Numbered from the stretch's first letter, positions 27,909 through 39,522 are shown. The stretch: DNA of 64,000 bases from an uncultured Methanoregulaceae archaeon (GCA_963737635.1 CAVTTL010000001.1:416001-480000), one strand, 5' to 3'. Notes: a model not told the origin generated them from the sequence alone. Made by a program: numbers and translations.

Positions 27909-28718
27909 GCCGGCACCCTAGCCTTTTTGTGAGTGGCTGGTGTCTCGGCCGGATCGCTGACAAGCTCCCCGGCGCGAATTTTTTCCCGGAGATCCCAGAG
28001 GAACGCATCAATACCTGTGACAGTCTCAATGATAGCGCTTTCCTGATCTCCCGGTTCGAGCACGCCATCCACAGCCCCGTTTTTCATTACGATCCGCCGG
28101 TCGGTGATGAGCGCAAGGTAGGGATCGTGTGTGACGAAGATCACGGCTTTTTTGTATTCCCGCAGGCATGAGATGACCCGTCCCTTATTGATGCCGGCGT
28201 TTTCCACTTCATCGAGAAGGAGGATCGGCGTCTGCCCGATCAGGATCGCATCGGCGATAAGAAGCGACCGGGTTTGGCCGCCCGATAGCGCGGTCATACG
28301 CATGGATTCAGAAATCTTCTCACCAGTAAACTCATTTGCGAGGCTCAGTTGTGCGGGCGATCAGGCACTGCGCCCCGTTATCCCGAGCCTGTATATGAAG
28401 AGCGAGGAATCGGCTGACCGTGAGATCGGCGATGACCCGGGTGTTCTGGGTGATCAGAGCGATGGGTTTTTTTGCCGGGTCGCGTACAAGGTCTTCTGAG
28501 GGCTCCTCGCCATTCACAAGAATGCTTCGTCCTGTGACTGTGTCGTCCTGCGCAAGGACTTCGATATCATTGATAAACGCAGACTTTCCTGAACCGGTCG
28601 GCCCAACGATCGAGAGGGTGTCGCCCGGGCGGATCACGATCCGGTTAAAGCCTTCCTTTTCCCCGTCCCTGTTGGTGCCAGGGAGTATTGTCAGCTCGTA
28701 TGCCTGCTCGCTGTACAT
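27905..28718 (-). CDS. Stand-alone ABC-type ATPase, frameshift near 28345
   Basis: GPTGSGKS Walker A; LSGGQ, LLLDE, VTHD in the 3' part. Confidence 0.87.
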
Positions 28719-28821
28719 CGCAGAATTATCGGTCGGCCGATTCAAATATCTTTCCAATTTTACATTAAAATTATCCTCATAGTAATAATTATAATCTTAA
28801 AAACACCACATAAAGGATAAT

Positions 28822-29310
28822 ATGTTCTCAAAAAGGATCTTTGAGACTGATTTCACTTCCGCATTAAACGAGGAGCTGGAGCGAAAGAACATGACGGTAA
28901 AGGAGCTCGCGGAACAGACTGGTATCCCGGTCTCAACGCTGTACAAGGTCACGCTTGGCGAGCGTGACCCACGGCTCTCGACAGTCAAAAAGATCGTCTC
29001 TGCCCTTGAACCGGAACGTCACCGGTTTATTGCGGTGATCGCGGCAAAATTTCTGCTCGATTCCGTTCCGACCCGCGAGGTAGAGTCCGCAGGGCAGACA
29101 TTTGCCATCAAGGGGTACTCCGCCCACTCCCTCGATGAATGCATTGTCGCCGCTGCCCGGGCAGAAAAGGACGGGGCATCGGGGATCGTCTGCGCGCCTA
29201 TACTCGCAACGATCGTGGAGAAGATCGTAGATGTGCCAGTCGGGATGCTCCGCCCCGAACTTTCCTGCGTGGACGAGGCGATCAGCAGCGTGCTCAAAAA
29301 GGTCGGATAA
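28822..29310 (+). CDS. XRE-family HTH regulator with C-terminal ligand-binding-like domain
   Basis: TVKELAEQTGIPVSTLYKV..GERDPRLST; divergent from the CoM operon. Confidence 0.85.
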   Translation: MFSKRIFETDFTSALNEELERKNMTVKELAEQTGIPVSTLYKVTLGERDPRLSTVKKIVSALEPERHRFIAVIAAKFLLDSVPTREVESAGQTFAIKGYSAHSLDECIVAAARAEKDGASGIVCAPILATIVEKIVDVPVGMLRPELSCVDEAISSVLKKVG

Positions 29311-29313
29311 ACC

Positions 29314-30256
29314 ATGCCGCAGGAATCGATCAGGATCGGTCACCTCTCCACTCTGTACCATACCGCTTTCCTGCTCCGGGGATCACGATCTCCTTACAGA
29401 CCAAGGCGTCCGTGCAACATGGACGCTCTTTCCTTCAGGGCCTGACATCATCAACGCGATGCAGGCGGGCAGGCTCGACCTCGGGTACATCGGCCTGCCC
29501 CCGGTCATCATCGGGATCGACCGGGGACTCAGGCTTGCCTGCATTGCCGGGGGCCATATCGAGGGAACGGTCATGATTGCGGGCAAAAAGATCCGCACTG
29601 TCGACGAGTGTGGCAGCATGCAGGAGTTCCTCTCCCAGTTGTCCGGTAAAGCGATCGGAACCCCGCCAAAAGGTTCCATTCACGATGTAATCGTGCATGA
29701 CTTACTCCAGAAGAACAACAGAACGGATGTCGAAGTAAAAAATTATCCTTGGGCGGACTTTCTTTCAGACGCGCTGTTAACTGGCGAGATTACAGCCGCC
29801 GCCGGGACGCCGGCGCTTGCGACAACAGCCCGCCGGTATGGGAACGGACGGCTAGTAGTGCAGCCTGACCGGCTCTGGCCGTTCAACCCGAGTTACGGCA
29901 TTGTCGTAATGCGGGAGATGCTCAAACAATCCGACCTGCTCACCAGGTTTCTGACCGCCCATGAAGCCGCCTCCGAATGGATCCGCCGCGATCCTAAAGC
30001 CTGTGCCCGGGTTGTTGCAGATACAATAGGTATGGTAGATGCAGCATTCGTTGAAGAAACCTATCGAATTTCGCCAAAATACTGTGCCGCACTACCTCCG
30101 GAATACATTGCATCCACGATGAAATTTGCCCGGACGCTCCATACTCTTGGTTATACCTCACGCTCTATCAGCGAGAACGAGTGCTTTGACAGATCTCTGA
30201 TCGAAATGATTCACACGGGACCGCACCATTACGCTGCCGGGATTGCGGGCGCATAA
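29314..30256 (+). CDS. SsuA/TauA/NMT1-type ABC substrate-binding protein, frameshift near 29385
   Basis: MPQESIRIGHLSTLYH start in another frame; FPSGPDII, LDLGYIGLPP, GSIHDV. Confidence 0.82.
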
Positions 30257-30301
30257 GCCGTAATCGCAATAAACCTCATACTGCAAACCGGGGCTGTTCC
30301 C

Positions 30302-32603
30302 TTATTTCATCAACCGGTACGCTCCCCGGGGCACCCGGAGCACGAAACGTGCGCCTTTCCGGTACTCCCCGGTCTCCGTTATTCCTATCCGGGTAATCGC
30401 AAGAATCTCCCGGGTCAGGAAAAGACCGAGCCCGGTGTTCTTTCCGATACCCCGGGAGAAGATCCGCACCTTTTCGCTCTCCATGATACCAATACCGTTG
30501 TCCTCAAAATGGAGGATGAGATCTGTCCCATCCATGATCCCGTAGATCCGGATCTTCGTGACGCCTTCGCCGTACCGGAACGTATTGTCGAACAAATTGT
30601 AGAACACTTTCTCAAGCATCGGGTCTGCATAGATCTCAAGGTCACCCGTCTCGCAGGTAAAGGTGAGAGTATTGATGAACTGGGCATAGGCCCGAGCTGC
30701 GGTATTGCCGACATGCTGCCAGAGAGGTGACTTTACACCGAGGTCATCGTAGGCACGGGTGAACTCGATCTGGTTGCGAATCGTGACCAGGGCTTTTTCC
30801 TGCTTTTCCATAAGATCCCGGATCGCTGTATCCGCTTCCCTCTCCTTGATGAGCTCATGGTACCCGAGAATAACCGCGAGGGAATTCAGGACGTCGTGCC
30901 GTGTCACACCGATCATAAGGTTGAGCTTGACATTTGCAATCCGTAGGGCATCGCCGATCTGCTGGACTCCGGTGAGGTCCCGGATCGAGAGAATGAGGAC
31001 TGTTCGGCCTTCAAGAGTGAAGTAGGCAAGCGCGATGTCAGTAGGAAATACCGTACCGTCTTTTTTCCGGTGATACCACAGGGCAACCCGGGAAACCTTA
31101 TGGTCAAGTACCTCTTTTGTTTTCTGCGGTTCGGCAGAGAGATTCAGCAGAACCATCCCAAGCATTTCCTCGCGGGAATACCCGTACAGCTCGCTCGCCG
31201 CATGGTTCAGATCGAGGATGACCCGGGTTTCCGCATCGGCAAGAATAAGGGGATCGTTTTTAGCTTCGAAGACATTCCGGTATTTTTCCTCGTTCTCATG
31301 GAGTTCCCGGGTGGTCGAAAGCAGTGCGAACTCCGTTTCTTTGCGTGCAGAGATATCTTGGACAACAACTATCACCCCCATAACATTCCCATCATGGCTC
31401 TTGAGGGGTGATGCAATGCCCTTGACCCAGATCCTGTTTTTCTTTTTTACACTCAGGTTGATCGGGATATCGGCAGTCTCCACTGTCTCTCCCGTTAGTG
31501 CCCGTTCAAGCGTACCCGGGATCTCAGTAGCCTTTCAGCTGGGGAAAACATTCATAGAGTGCCTTTCCGGTAACTTCGCTTGAAGCTAACCCAGTCAGAT
31601 CTTCCATGAAAGGGTTCCAAAGGGTGATACGCAGTCCGGGATCAAAGGTCACAATGCCCTCGCGGACATCGGTGATCACGCGTTTCAGGAACGCTTCCGA
31701 TTCTCTGGCCATGTGTTCGGTCTCTGCACGCCGGCGCTCGCTTTTGGCGAGCTCGTTGTAGTTCTGGCGCAGTTCCTCTTCGGTCGCAGTCAGTTGTTCG
31801 AAGGTGGCGTACAGTTCCTCGTGCTTTTTTTCCAACTGCTGCTCTGCTTCCTTACGTTCTGTGATCGGTCTAGTGGTAACCACCACACCGTCAACTCCCT
31901 CAACGCCGGTCAGGTTCGTAGCGACTGACTCGACCCAAAGGTACGTCCCGTCAGCCCCGCGTATACGGAATTCCGATGGTTTTCCTGAATTATTCTTTGC
32001 AAAGACTGCAGTAAGATCGGACCTGACACGATCCCGGTCTTCGGGATGAATATAGTCCAGCGGATCCTTTCCGTTCAGCGATCCGAGAGGATATCCGAGG
32101 ATCTTTGACGATGATGGGGAATCATAGGCAATCATACCATTGCGGTCAAGAATACGAATAATATCAGAAGCATTCTGGAAAATCGCCCGGTACCGTGTTT
32201 CGGCTTCCCGGAGTGTTTGTTCGGCACGTGATCTCCTGACAATCTGGCGGATCTTCTCCGCAAGTTCGGCAAACTGGGAACGGGGGTCGCCGCCTTTCTG
32301 GAGATAGGAATCGGCACCGCTGTTGATAGCCTCGATCACCACTTTTTCCCGGCTCTTCCCTGTGAAGATAATAACCGGTGTAGTATTTCCCGATTTCCTG
32401 ACCTGCTGTAAAAATTGGATCCCATTCAACCCTGGCATCTGGTAATCTGAGACGATGGCATCGTACCGGTGATCACGCAGAAGATCGATCGCTTCCTCTG
32501 CGGATTGGGCCGGACTGACTCTGAATTCCCCGGTCTGCTCAAGAAACAACTGTGTGATCTCGAGCAGCGCAGGTTCGTCATCAATAGTGAGAACGTGAAT
32601 CAC
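30302..32603 (-). CDS. Hybrid REC-PAS-PAS-PAS histidine kinase, frameshift near 31533
   Basis: IDDE, SDYQMP receiver; PAS repeats; TRHDVLN H-box, NLFDN, EDNGIG, GLGLF. Confidence 0.9.
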
Positions 32604-32719
32604 AGAAACTACACACCAGATATGATCGGGTTGTCGTATACGTTATTAAACAATTCCTCTTCTGGAAAGGTCTTGGCTGCCCCCATCTGAAAAACCGGAC
32701 TACTAGGCGAAGGAAAAGA

Positions 32720-33660
32720 TCACGTTTTACCCGTAATCGCAGATTGTTCTCTCGTGGGAACAATGGAAACAATGCTGCCGTGAATCTTTCCCTCGAGAGA
32801 CGTTTTAAGCCGATCACTTGTTGCTTGTACCTGTTCCTCATCTTCAGCTCTTGATCGAACCCAAGAAAGATATCGATATATATCTTGCTGCCGGAACGCC
32901 GTGATCGGACACCGTAAAACCCATTGTATTCATTAAAGATTGCGGAGAGCTCCTTGAGGATGACGATTTGCAATTCCTCTTCGAGGGTTTTGTCGAAAAG
33001 ATCAGGGAGCGAAGAGGAGATCTCCCGGAAACCCGCAATGAGCAGGAACCCGATGATGATAAACGATACCAACGGGTCGATATAGGTGGCCCAAGAATAC
33101 CCGATAAGGACAAACGAAAAGACAAGAGCGAGAAGGACTGCGATGTCAGCAAAGGACTTAGCCCGGCGGAGCCGCCACTGGGCTTCCATGATGGGGGACG
33201 GGTCAGTCTGTGAGATCCGGTAGTTTTTCTTCCAGAGGAAGGTATCGATGACGGCAGAAATGATCATGAGGGGGACAGCAATGATTGCACCAGCCGGCTG
33301 GAGCGTTTCGGGAACGAAGATCCGGTGGAATGCGGTAAAGAAGATAATGATGATTGAGACCATCATAACGGCGCCAGTAGCGCCCCGGGTGAACGTCTCG
33401 AACTTTCCCATCCCGTAATCATACGTGAAAGGCGCTCCCTTTTTCATCTTCAGAAGGATAACCAGCGCAAAGACAGTGGCAAGAATCTCGTTGCCGCATT
33501 TCATTACATCGGCAAAAAGGGTGACCGAACCGGAAAGAACGACTGCCACTATCTCCGGGAGCCAGAGTGCAATGTCGCAGAGAAGGCTGAATACGACCGT
33601 CTTCTCTTTTGAGGTGGTTGCTCCCGCATCTCCGCCACCCTTTCTCAAAACCGGTTCCAT
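32720..33660 (-). CDS. Cation diffusion facilitator family transporter, 3' frameshift near 32838
   Basis: SGSVTLFAD, YDYGMGKFE, YIDP, RSRRSG; corrected frame ends near 32720. Confidence 0.82.
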
Positions 33661-33805
33661 AGGATACCTGATATTTTGTCCCCAAGAGGCTAAAAGGCAG
33701 ATCGATCAAGATCCGGTATTGATGTTATCTGCAAAATAAATCGCAGTTATCGCCAGATTTATTAAAATTCCCGTTAAAATGTATTTTATTTAAAAGGTGA
33801 TAGAT

Positions 33806-34381
33806 ATGAAACGATCTTTTGTAATTGGGATAATGTGCTGTGTGCTCATTCTCGCAGCAATACTCTTTGCAGGGTGCAGCGAGAATTCCGCACCGTCCCC
33901 CGCAACAACAACTACCACGCTCCCACCAACGGCCGCGCCAGTCGCCAACGTGCTGGCTGTTACGACAACGTCGGTAAGTGCCACACCCGTACCAACCGGA
34001 GCTGCAACGCCCATACCAACGACAGCTGCCGGACAGGCCTCTAATGCTTCTGTACCGACAATCTTTGTGAATAGTACCTCAAACGGGGATATATTCACGA
34101 TCCGGGCCAACGAAAGGGTTCTTGTCAGGCTCAATGAGAACCCCACAACAGGGTACTCGTGGAATGCAACCGTCTCGAAAGATCTTACGGTTATCTCTGA
34201 TACCTACATCGCGCCGAACAGCACCCTGGTCGGAGCTGGAGGCTACCATGAATGGATCCTTGCACCGGAGTCCCCGGGAACGTATACATTCAAGGCAGTC
34301 TATATACGCCCATGGGAAGGCGTATCCTCAGCCGCTGATACATTCAGCATAGTTATCGTGGCAAGCCCGGCGACGGAATAA
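33806..34381 (+). CDS. Chagasin/I42 protease inhibitor lipoprotein
   Basis: Lipobox FAGC; ENPTTGYSW, VGAGG, YIRPWE. Confidence 0.9.
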   Translation: MKRSFVIGIMCCVLILAAILFAGCSENSAPSPATTTTTLPPTAAPVANVLAVTTTSVSATPVPTGAATPIPTTAAGQASNASVPTIFVNSTSNGDIFTIRANERVLVRLNENPTTGYSWNATVSKDLTVISDTYIAPNSTLVGAGGYHEWILAPESPGTYTFKAVYIRPWEGVSSAADTFSIVIVASPATE

Positions 34382-34491
34382 GCGCCCTGGCTTCATCCTC
34401 ATAAAAACATCTTTTTTTTTCAGATCAGGATCTGGTAAGTTCAAGACGGTAAATTGATGAAGATTATGATAAAATGATATAGTGAACAATT

Positions 34492-34662
34492 ATGGATCGT
34501 CAACATACCTGTAAAACCTGCGGGGCATTTATCCCCCGGACTGAACTGCTCATATCCCGGTGCAACAACACCGGTGCATCGCCACTCTCAGACCACAAAA
34601 TGAGTAAAATAAAACGCACGGGGTGCCCGGTCTGGTCGTCATTAAGCCAGAATGAAAAGTAA
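34492..34662 (+). CDS. 56-aa four-Cys microprotein (below the ORF-track cutoff)
   Basis: MDRQHTCKTCGAFIP...SRCNN...GCPVW; AT-rich upstream region and T-run downstream. Confidence 0.45.
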   Translation: MDRQHTCKTCGAFIPRTELLISRCNNTGASPLSDHKMSKIKRTGCPVWSSLSQNEK

Positions 34663-34747
34663 TTTTTTTCATGATGCATTAACAGCCGGTTCCTGTTTTC
34701 TCAGGGTCGTAAAAGAGGGGCTGTCAACCCAAAAAATGAACCAGAGT

Positions 34748-35505
34748 CTATCCGAGCGTCACGTTCTCCCCGGCTTTTCCTACAGCAGCGAGATATACCG
34801 GCCACTGTGTTTCCATGTCCAGATTTGCGAGTTTTCCCATCAGCTCGTCATGGAAGAGGTCGATGGGGAATACCTCGTAGCCGAGCGATGCAGCAGACAG
34901 GATCAGGTTCTGGCAGGTATGTCCAGCTTCAATGAATGCGCTCCGGTACCCCCGGTTGCCTATTGCCCACACGGAACGGTAGGGAATCGCAACCCAGAGG
35001 AAGGTGATCGCGGCGCGGGTAATAATCTTGAAATTCATGCTTGCCGTACTCATCTCCAGCGGGAGACCGGAATCGAAGCGTTCAGCCACGATGCTATGTG
35101 TGGAGGGAAGATAGCGGTAGAGCCCGGTTTCAATACTGTCGACTTCCCCGGTGACAAAATAGGTTTCCAGAGGGTACCGGGAGCCGCTGGACGGCACGTT
35201 CCGGATTCTGGATCGTCTCCGCCACTGTCTTCTTGAACCCCTGCGTGCACCAGAGAAGGTACCGAGAGTTCCTTCAGATTGATAGATGAGCGGGAAAAGA
35301 ACCCGACCGGTTCCCAGCTCTCGATGGCAGAACGGACCGATGTGTCCGGTACTTTGAACTTCTTCGGGCTTGGGAGCTTGATGACCCTCTGCCCTTCCCG
35401 GACCGGGAGTTCATGGGGCGGTTCCGGGACACGCAGGACGAGGTCAACCGTAGAATAATCCGGGTATCGTGTCCCTTTGATGAATGCATTGCCAATATCG
35501 TTCAT
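34748..35505 (-). CDS. SagB/ThcOx-like nitroreductase-family protein, two frameshifts (near 35263 and 35207)
   Basis: LSYLLWCTQG after repair, RNVPSSGSRYPLETY, IEAGHTCQN. Confidence 0.82.
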
Positions 35506-35599
35506 AGGATCCTCTTCGGGAACACCATCTGTTCCCGATAATGATTAAAAATAGACTGGGGGCCGGTCTGGCCGGGTGCGTGTGATGTATTGGGCCGGA

Positions 35600-36403
35600 T
35601 CATGCCGCCTTCAGGTACAGGTTAGCGTAGACAATCTGGCCCTTGCTCTTGGTGTGGCGTTCGCCGAGATCACCGATATAGTGGTCGAAGGTGAACGTTG
35701 CGCCATCGATCTCCTTCTCGACCCGGTCGACCTTCTGGTAACCCGGCATCATGAACTTGATATTGCCGAGCACGTACATGTCGCCCTTGACCATCTGGCC
35801 ACCGATACGGCCCTCAACATCCCCCTTGATGATGACAGTGCCGCCTTCTGCATGAGTGGAAACGTGGATGAACGCGTTCTTCTCGATAATGATCGTGCCG
35901 CCGAGCATGAAGGTGCCGATGTCATTACCGGCATTCCCCTTGATCCGGATCGTGCCACCCTTCATGCCTCTCCAGTCGCCGCGATAAGCGCAGCCGATAT
36001 GGTTCTCGGCATTGCCGTCAACGAGGATCTCGCCGCCTTCCATCTGGATTCCGCAGAAAGAGTGGACATTGCCGATAACGTGGATTTTTCCGCCTCTCAT
36101 CCAGCCGCCCACATACATGTCTGCGTTGCCGTTGACTGTAACGGTGCCGGCTGTCATTTTAGAGCCGATGTACTTCACGCGGGTGCAGTCGCCTGCAATC
36201 ACGATATCGGTATCTGCTGCGGTAGCGCCTGCCTCACCGCTGACGGTGAAGAAGTCCCCGATTTTGACGTGGATCTTGCCTTCGTGGCCCGGGAGTTCGG
36301 CAATCTGGGCTGAAGTCTTTCCTGCGAATGCATCGGGTGTGATGCTGTATCCTTCGAACATGAGCTCGGGAACCTTGGTGGGCTTTAGTGTGACTGTTGC
36401 CAT
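35600..36403 (-). CDS. fwdC: Formylmethanofuran dehydrogenase subunit C
   Basis: ITPDAFAGK, GXGXG-type beta-helix repeats, YRGDWRGM. Confidence 0.95.
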   Translation of the reverse strand: MATVTLKPTKVPELMFEGYSITPDAFAGKTSAQIAELPGHEGKIHVKIGDFFTVSGEAGATAADTDIVIAGDCTRVKYIGSKMTAGTVTVNGNADMYVGGWMRGGKIHVIGNVHSFCGIQMEGGEILVDGNAENHIGCAYRGDWRGMKGGTIRIKGNAGNDIGTFMLGGTIIIEKNAFIHVSTHAEGGTVIIKGDVEGRIGGQMVKGDMYVLGNIKFMMPGYQKVDRVEKEIDGATFTFDHYIGDLGERHTKSKGQIVYANLYLKAA

Positions 36404-36412
36404 GATCGCACC

Positions 36413-38143
36413 TCAGGCCTCCACATCAACATCGATGACAAACGGGTGGGGAGCAAGGTAGTCCCGGACCGGGTAATTGCTGATGTCGACCGTGTATGTT
36501 CCCTTATGGAATGCCTCACTGACATCGCGAGTAACCTGCGGGTTCTCGGGCATCTTGACATTGACCCAGACGGTTTTCTTGTGTCCGTGGCCGAGGACTT
36601 CGCCATCCCTGACGACGACTTCGCCGCCCCGGATGAAGCAGGACGCATTGAGGAAGGCAGACTCGATCTTCTCCGGGTCCTTGGGCAGGTCCTTGTAGTT
36701 GAGGTCAAAGACTGCTACGCTGCCATCAAGTCCCGGCGACAGGCCGCCGTAGATGTTGCCGAGGCCAAGGCATTTTGCCGGGCCGGACCGGGTCATCTGG
36801 GCGATCTCGTAGAGGGTGAGTTCGCGGTCGATGCCGTGGATATAGGTTGCATTGATGACCTTGTCCGTATTCTTCATGGTTGCAAGGGTCGCTTCACGGG
36901 CCTTCTTGCTCATCAGCCACTTGATGACGCGGGGATAGCGGATAAACGGTCCTGCATTCGGGTGGTCAGTGGTGATGAAGGTCCGGTTCATATCCTTTGC
37001 AAAGAGTGCCAGTTCAAGACCAGTTGCCCACTGGATTGCATTGGGCAGGACATCCTTGCTGTAGATGTAAGGGACAATACCGGCTGCGGTTTCCAGCTCA
37101 ACATCAACATTGGTCCATTTCAGATGGTTGAGGGAGTGAAGGTGATGCTCGAACGGGCCGTCGGCTGTCATCGTGGTGGTCTCGTCCAAAGTCACGCAGC
37201 CGAGATCGATGGTGATATTCTTCTGCTTGTTGACATAGTCCATGACTTCTTTGGCCTTGGAGCAGAAGGTTCCCCATCCGTCCCCGCCATACGAGTGGAA
37301 CTGGAGGTGAGTGGAGTGCAGGACCTGTCCACGGCCGAACTTGTTTTTGGCTTTGACTCCTTCAGCAAGTTTGAGGGATTCGAGGGTATCCGGATAGTTA
37401 CCAGGATTTCCGAGATTATTCTGGTGGACATGAATTGAATGCGGAAGACCGAGGTACTCGTTTGCCTCCATGAGGCCTTTGATGATCTCCCCGGGTGTAA
37501 TCTCGAAGTATGGAACCCGCTCGCCAAGGTTTAAGCAGTTGAGTCCCCATGCCCATGCAGCAGTGCCTCCGGGGTTGACGATTTTGATTCCATAGCCTTT
37601 CGTGGTCTTGAGGAGCCAGGCGATATAGGCTGCAGTATTCTCGATCTCATTGTTCTTGAGGTACTCCATGACGAACCAGTTGTTACCAAAGACCGGCAGT
37701 GCTGCTTCGTCAATGATGGGGGTGTCGTGGATCTCCTCGTGCACGTGCGGGGCGAGGAGCGGAGGCATCGCCGCTTCCATGACAAATGAATATCCCATAC
37801 GGGCGTAATCGTACCCGGTCTTGAATACCGAGGGGATAGAGAAGCCGGATTCCATGCGATAGCCGTTCTTCTGTGCCATCGCGCTCCTGAAGGTTCCTGA
37901 TAAGAGCTTGTCCTCGGGCCTGAGCAACCGCCCGGCATTGACCTTGGGGCCGGCCACGTGGGAGTGGACATCCACGCCACCCGCCATGACAATCTTGCCT
38001 TTGGCATCGATGACTTTTGCGGAAGAACTGACTTTCTCGACAATCTTGCCGTCCTTGATGGCGACGTCACCGACATCCCCGTCTATCTTCCGGGTCGGAT
38101 CGATGATAAATCCGCCCTTTACGATAAGTTCACCTGACGACAT
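36413..38143 (-). CDS. fwdA: Formylmethanofuran dehydrogenase subunit A
   Basis: DVHSHVAG, KIVNPGG, HLQFHSYG, TDHPNAGPF. Confidence 0.97.
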   Translation of the reverse strand: MSSGELIVKGGFIIDPTRKIDGDVGDVAIKDGKIVEKVSSSAKVIDAKGKIVMAGGVDVHSHVAGPKVNAGRLLRPEDKLLSGTFRSAMAQKNGYRMESGFSIPSVFKTGYDYARMGYSFVMEAAMPPLLAPHVHEEIHDTPIIDEAALPVFGNNWFVMEYLKNNEIENTAAYIAWLLKTTKGYGIKIVNPGGTAAWAWGLNCLNLGERVPYFEITPGEIIKGLMEANEYLGLPHSIHVHQNNLGNPGNYPDTLESLKLAEGVKAKNKFGRGQVLHSTHLQFHSYGGDGWGTFCSKAKEVMDYVNKQKNITIDLGCVTLDETTTMTADGPFEHHLHSLNHLKWTNVDVELETAAGIVPYIYSKDVLPNAIQWATGLELALFAKDMNRTFITTDHPNAGPFIRYPRVIKWLMSKKAREATLATMKNTDKVINATYIHGIDRELTLYEIAQMTRSGPAKCLGLGNIYGGLSPGLDGSVAVFDLNYKDLPKDPEKIESAFLNASCFIRGGEVVVRDGEVLGHGHKKTVWVNVKMPENPQVTRDVSEAFHKGTYTVDISNYPVRDYLAPHPFVIDVDVEA

Positions 38144-38144
38144 C

Positions 38145-39521
38145 TCAGATCACCGCCGGTGACTGGGGGTATTTCCGGTCTTCCTTTGCTGCGAGCCAGA
38201 TCGGTTCCGTATTGGTCAGCTCGCACATCCGCTCGTAAACCCGGTCAAAGAGTTCCTCGTCGCTTGGTACGCCCGGGAGACCCTTGATGACCGCCCGAAA
38301 CTGGATCGGGACATTGTCCATACGATAAACAACACCCGGCTCATCGACACCGGCAATCCGCACGGGGATGTGGAGGTCTGCGATCTCGCTCGCCATACAG
38401 AAGTTGGGGTCGACCGTTATGAACGGGTGCTTCTTTAAGTGCTGGACTGCTTGGATCGGGAAGTGTGCTCCTGCATCTGTGCCGACATTGACAAAGCAAT
38501 CAACTTCGTCCCGCATCGCAAGGTCGACCGAACTGGTCTCGCCCGGGTTCATATGGGCGTGCGTGCCCTTGGAAAGGTCGATGCAGTACGGGAACCCGAA
38601 CTGCCAGGACCAGACTTGGCCGGGGCCGGCAATGTTGTAGTGGCCCCGCATCGCCATGATCGAGCATTTGGTGTGGTTGTTGAGATCACGGGTCAGACTG
38701 ATCGCGTGGTCAATATTGTGGTTGCGGCCATCCGTGTGTGTACATCCCATGCCAAAGAAGATCATACAGAACCTTGCTTTCTTCATGATCTCGACAGACT
38801 TCTTGATCGTCTCCTTTTCGATACCGGCTACCTTGTCAGGGATGTCGAAGCCCCGGAGTACGGTCCGGAATGCATCGAAGAGCTCATAGTCGTGTCCCTG
38901 ATCGAGCATGAGATGGATATCGGCGAGCTTTGCGGTATCGGTCTGGCGCGGGTCAACGCTGATGACCGTCCGCTGCATCTGGCCCTTCTGGGTGAAGTAG
39001 CCGCGGGGGAAGATCGAGTACCGGGAGGTGTGGCGCGGATGGGCATGCATCGGGTTGCAACCCCAGAAGACCACGACATCGGCACGATTCTTGGCCTCGC
39101 CGAGCGTGCAGCTCGGGTAGCCGTTGTCGAAGATCGCTAAAAAGGAGGGGCCGTGGCAGATGGTCGCACAGTTGTCGAGCACTGCACCTGCTTTTTCTGC
39201 AATACGAGCGACGGCGCTCATGCCTTCGCAGTTGGTGGAGCCAAAACCGTAGATAAGCGGCTTTTTTGCGGCAAGCATGGTCTTTGCCATCCAGTCGATC
39301 GCTTCATCGTAGGATATCTCCTTCATCGAGCCGTCGGGTTGCCGCATTCGTGGGAGTTTCGGGCGGGTGGGATCGTTCGCGTGATGGAAGAGGTTGCTCC
39401 CGATGATGCAGGAGTTGTGCACTTCAAGGATCTTTGTTTCATCGTCGGAGACAAGCACTTCGAGATCATCGCAGGACGACCCACAGTACGGGCATCCGAC
39501 ACCCTTGATCAGTTTTGGCAT
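38145..39521 (-). CDS. fwdB: Formylmethanofuran dehydrogenase subunit B (Cys form)
   Basis: CPYCGSSCDD, CHGPS, HAHPRH, MRGHYN. Confidence 0.96.
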   Translation of the reverse strand: MPKLIKGVGCPYCGSSCDDLEVLVSDDETKILEVHNSCIIGSNLFHHANDPTRPKLPRMRQPDGSMKEISYDEAIDWMAKTMLAAKKPLIYGFGSTNCEGMSAVARIAEKAGAVLDNCATICHGPSFLAIFDNGYPSCTLGEAKNRADVVVFWGCNPMHAHPRHTSRYSIFPRGYFTQKGQMQRTVISVDPRQTDTAKLADIHLMLDQGHDYELFDAFRTVLRGFDIPDKVAGIEKETIKKSVEIMKKARFCMIFFGMGCTHTDGRNHNIDHAISLTRDLNNHTKCSIMAMRGHYNIAGPGQVWSWQFGFPYCIDLSKGTHAHMNPGETSSVDLAMRDEVDCFVNVGTDAGAHFPIQAVQHLKKHPFITVDPNFCMASEIADLHIPVRIAGVDEPGVVYRMDNVPIQFRAVIKGLPGVPSDEELFDRVYERMCELTNTEPIWLAAKEDRKYPQSPAVI

Positions 39522-39522
39522 G

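Noticed and set aside
38145-39521. Selenocysteine in FwdB
   Set aside because: The active-site position is a Cys codon (CHGPS) and there is no in-frame TGA.
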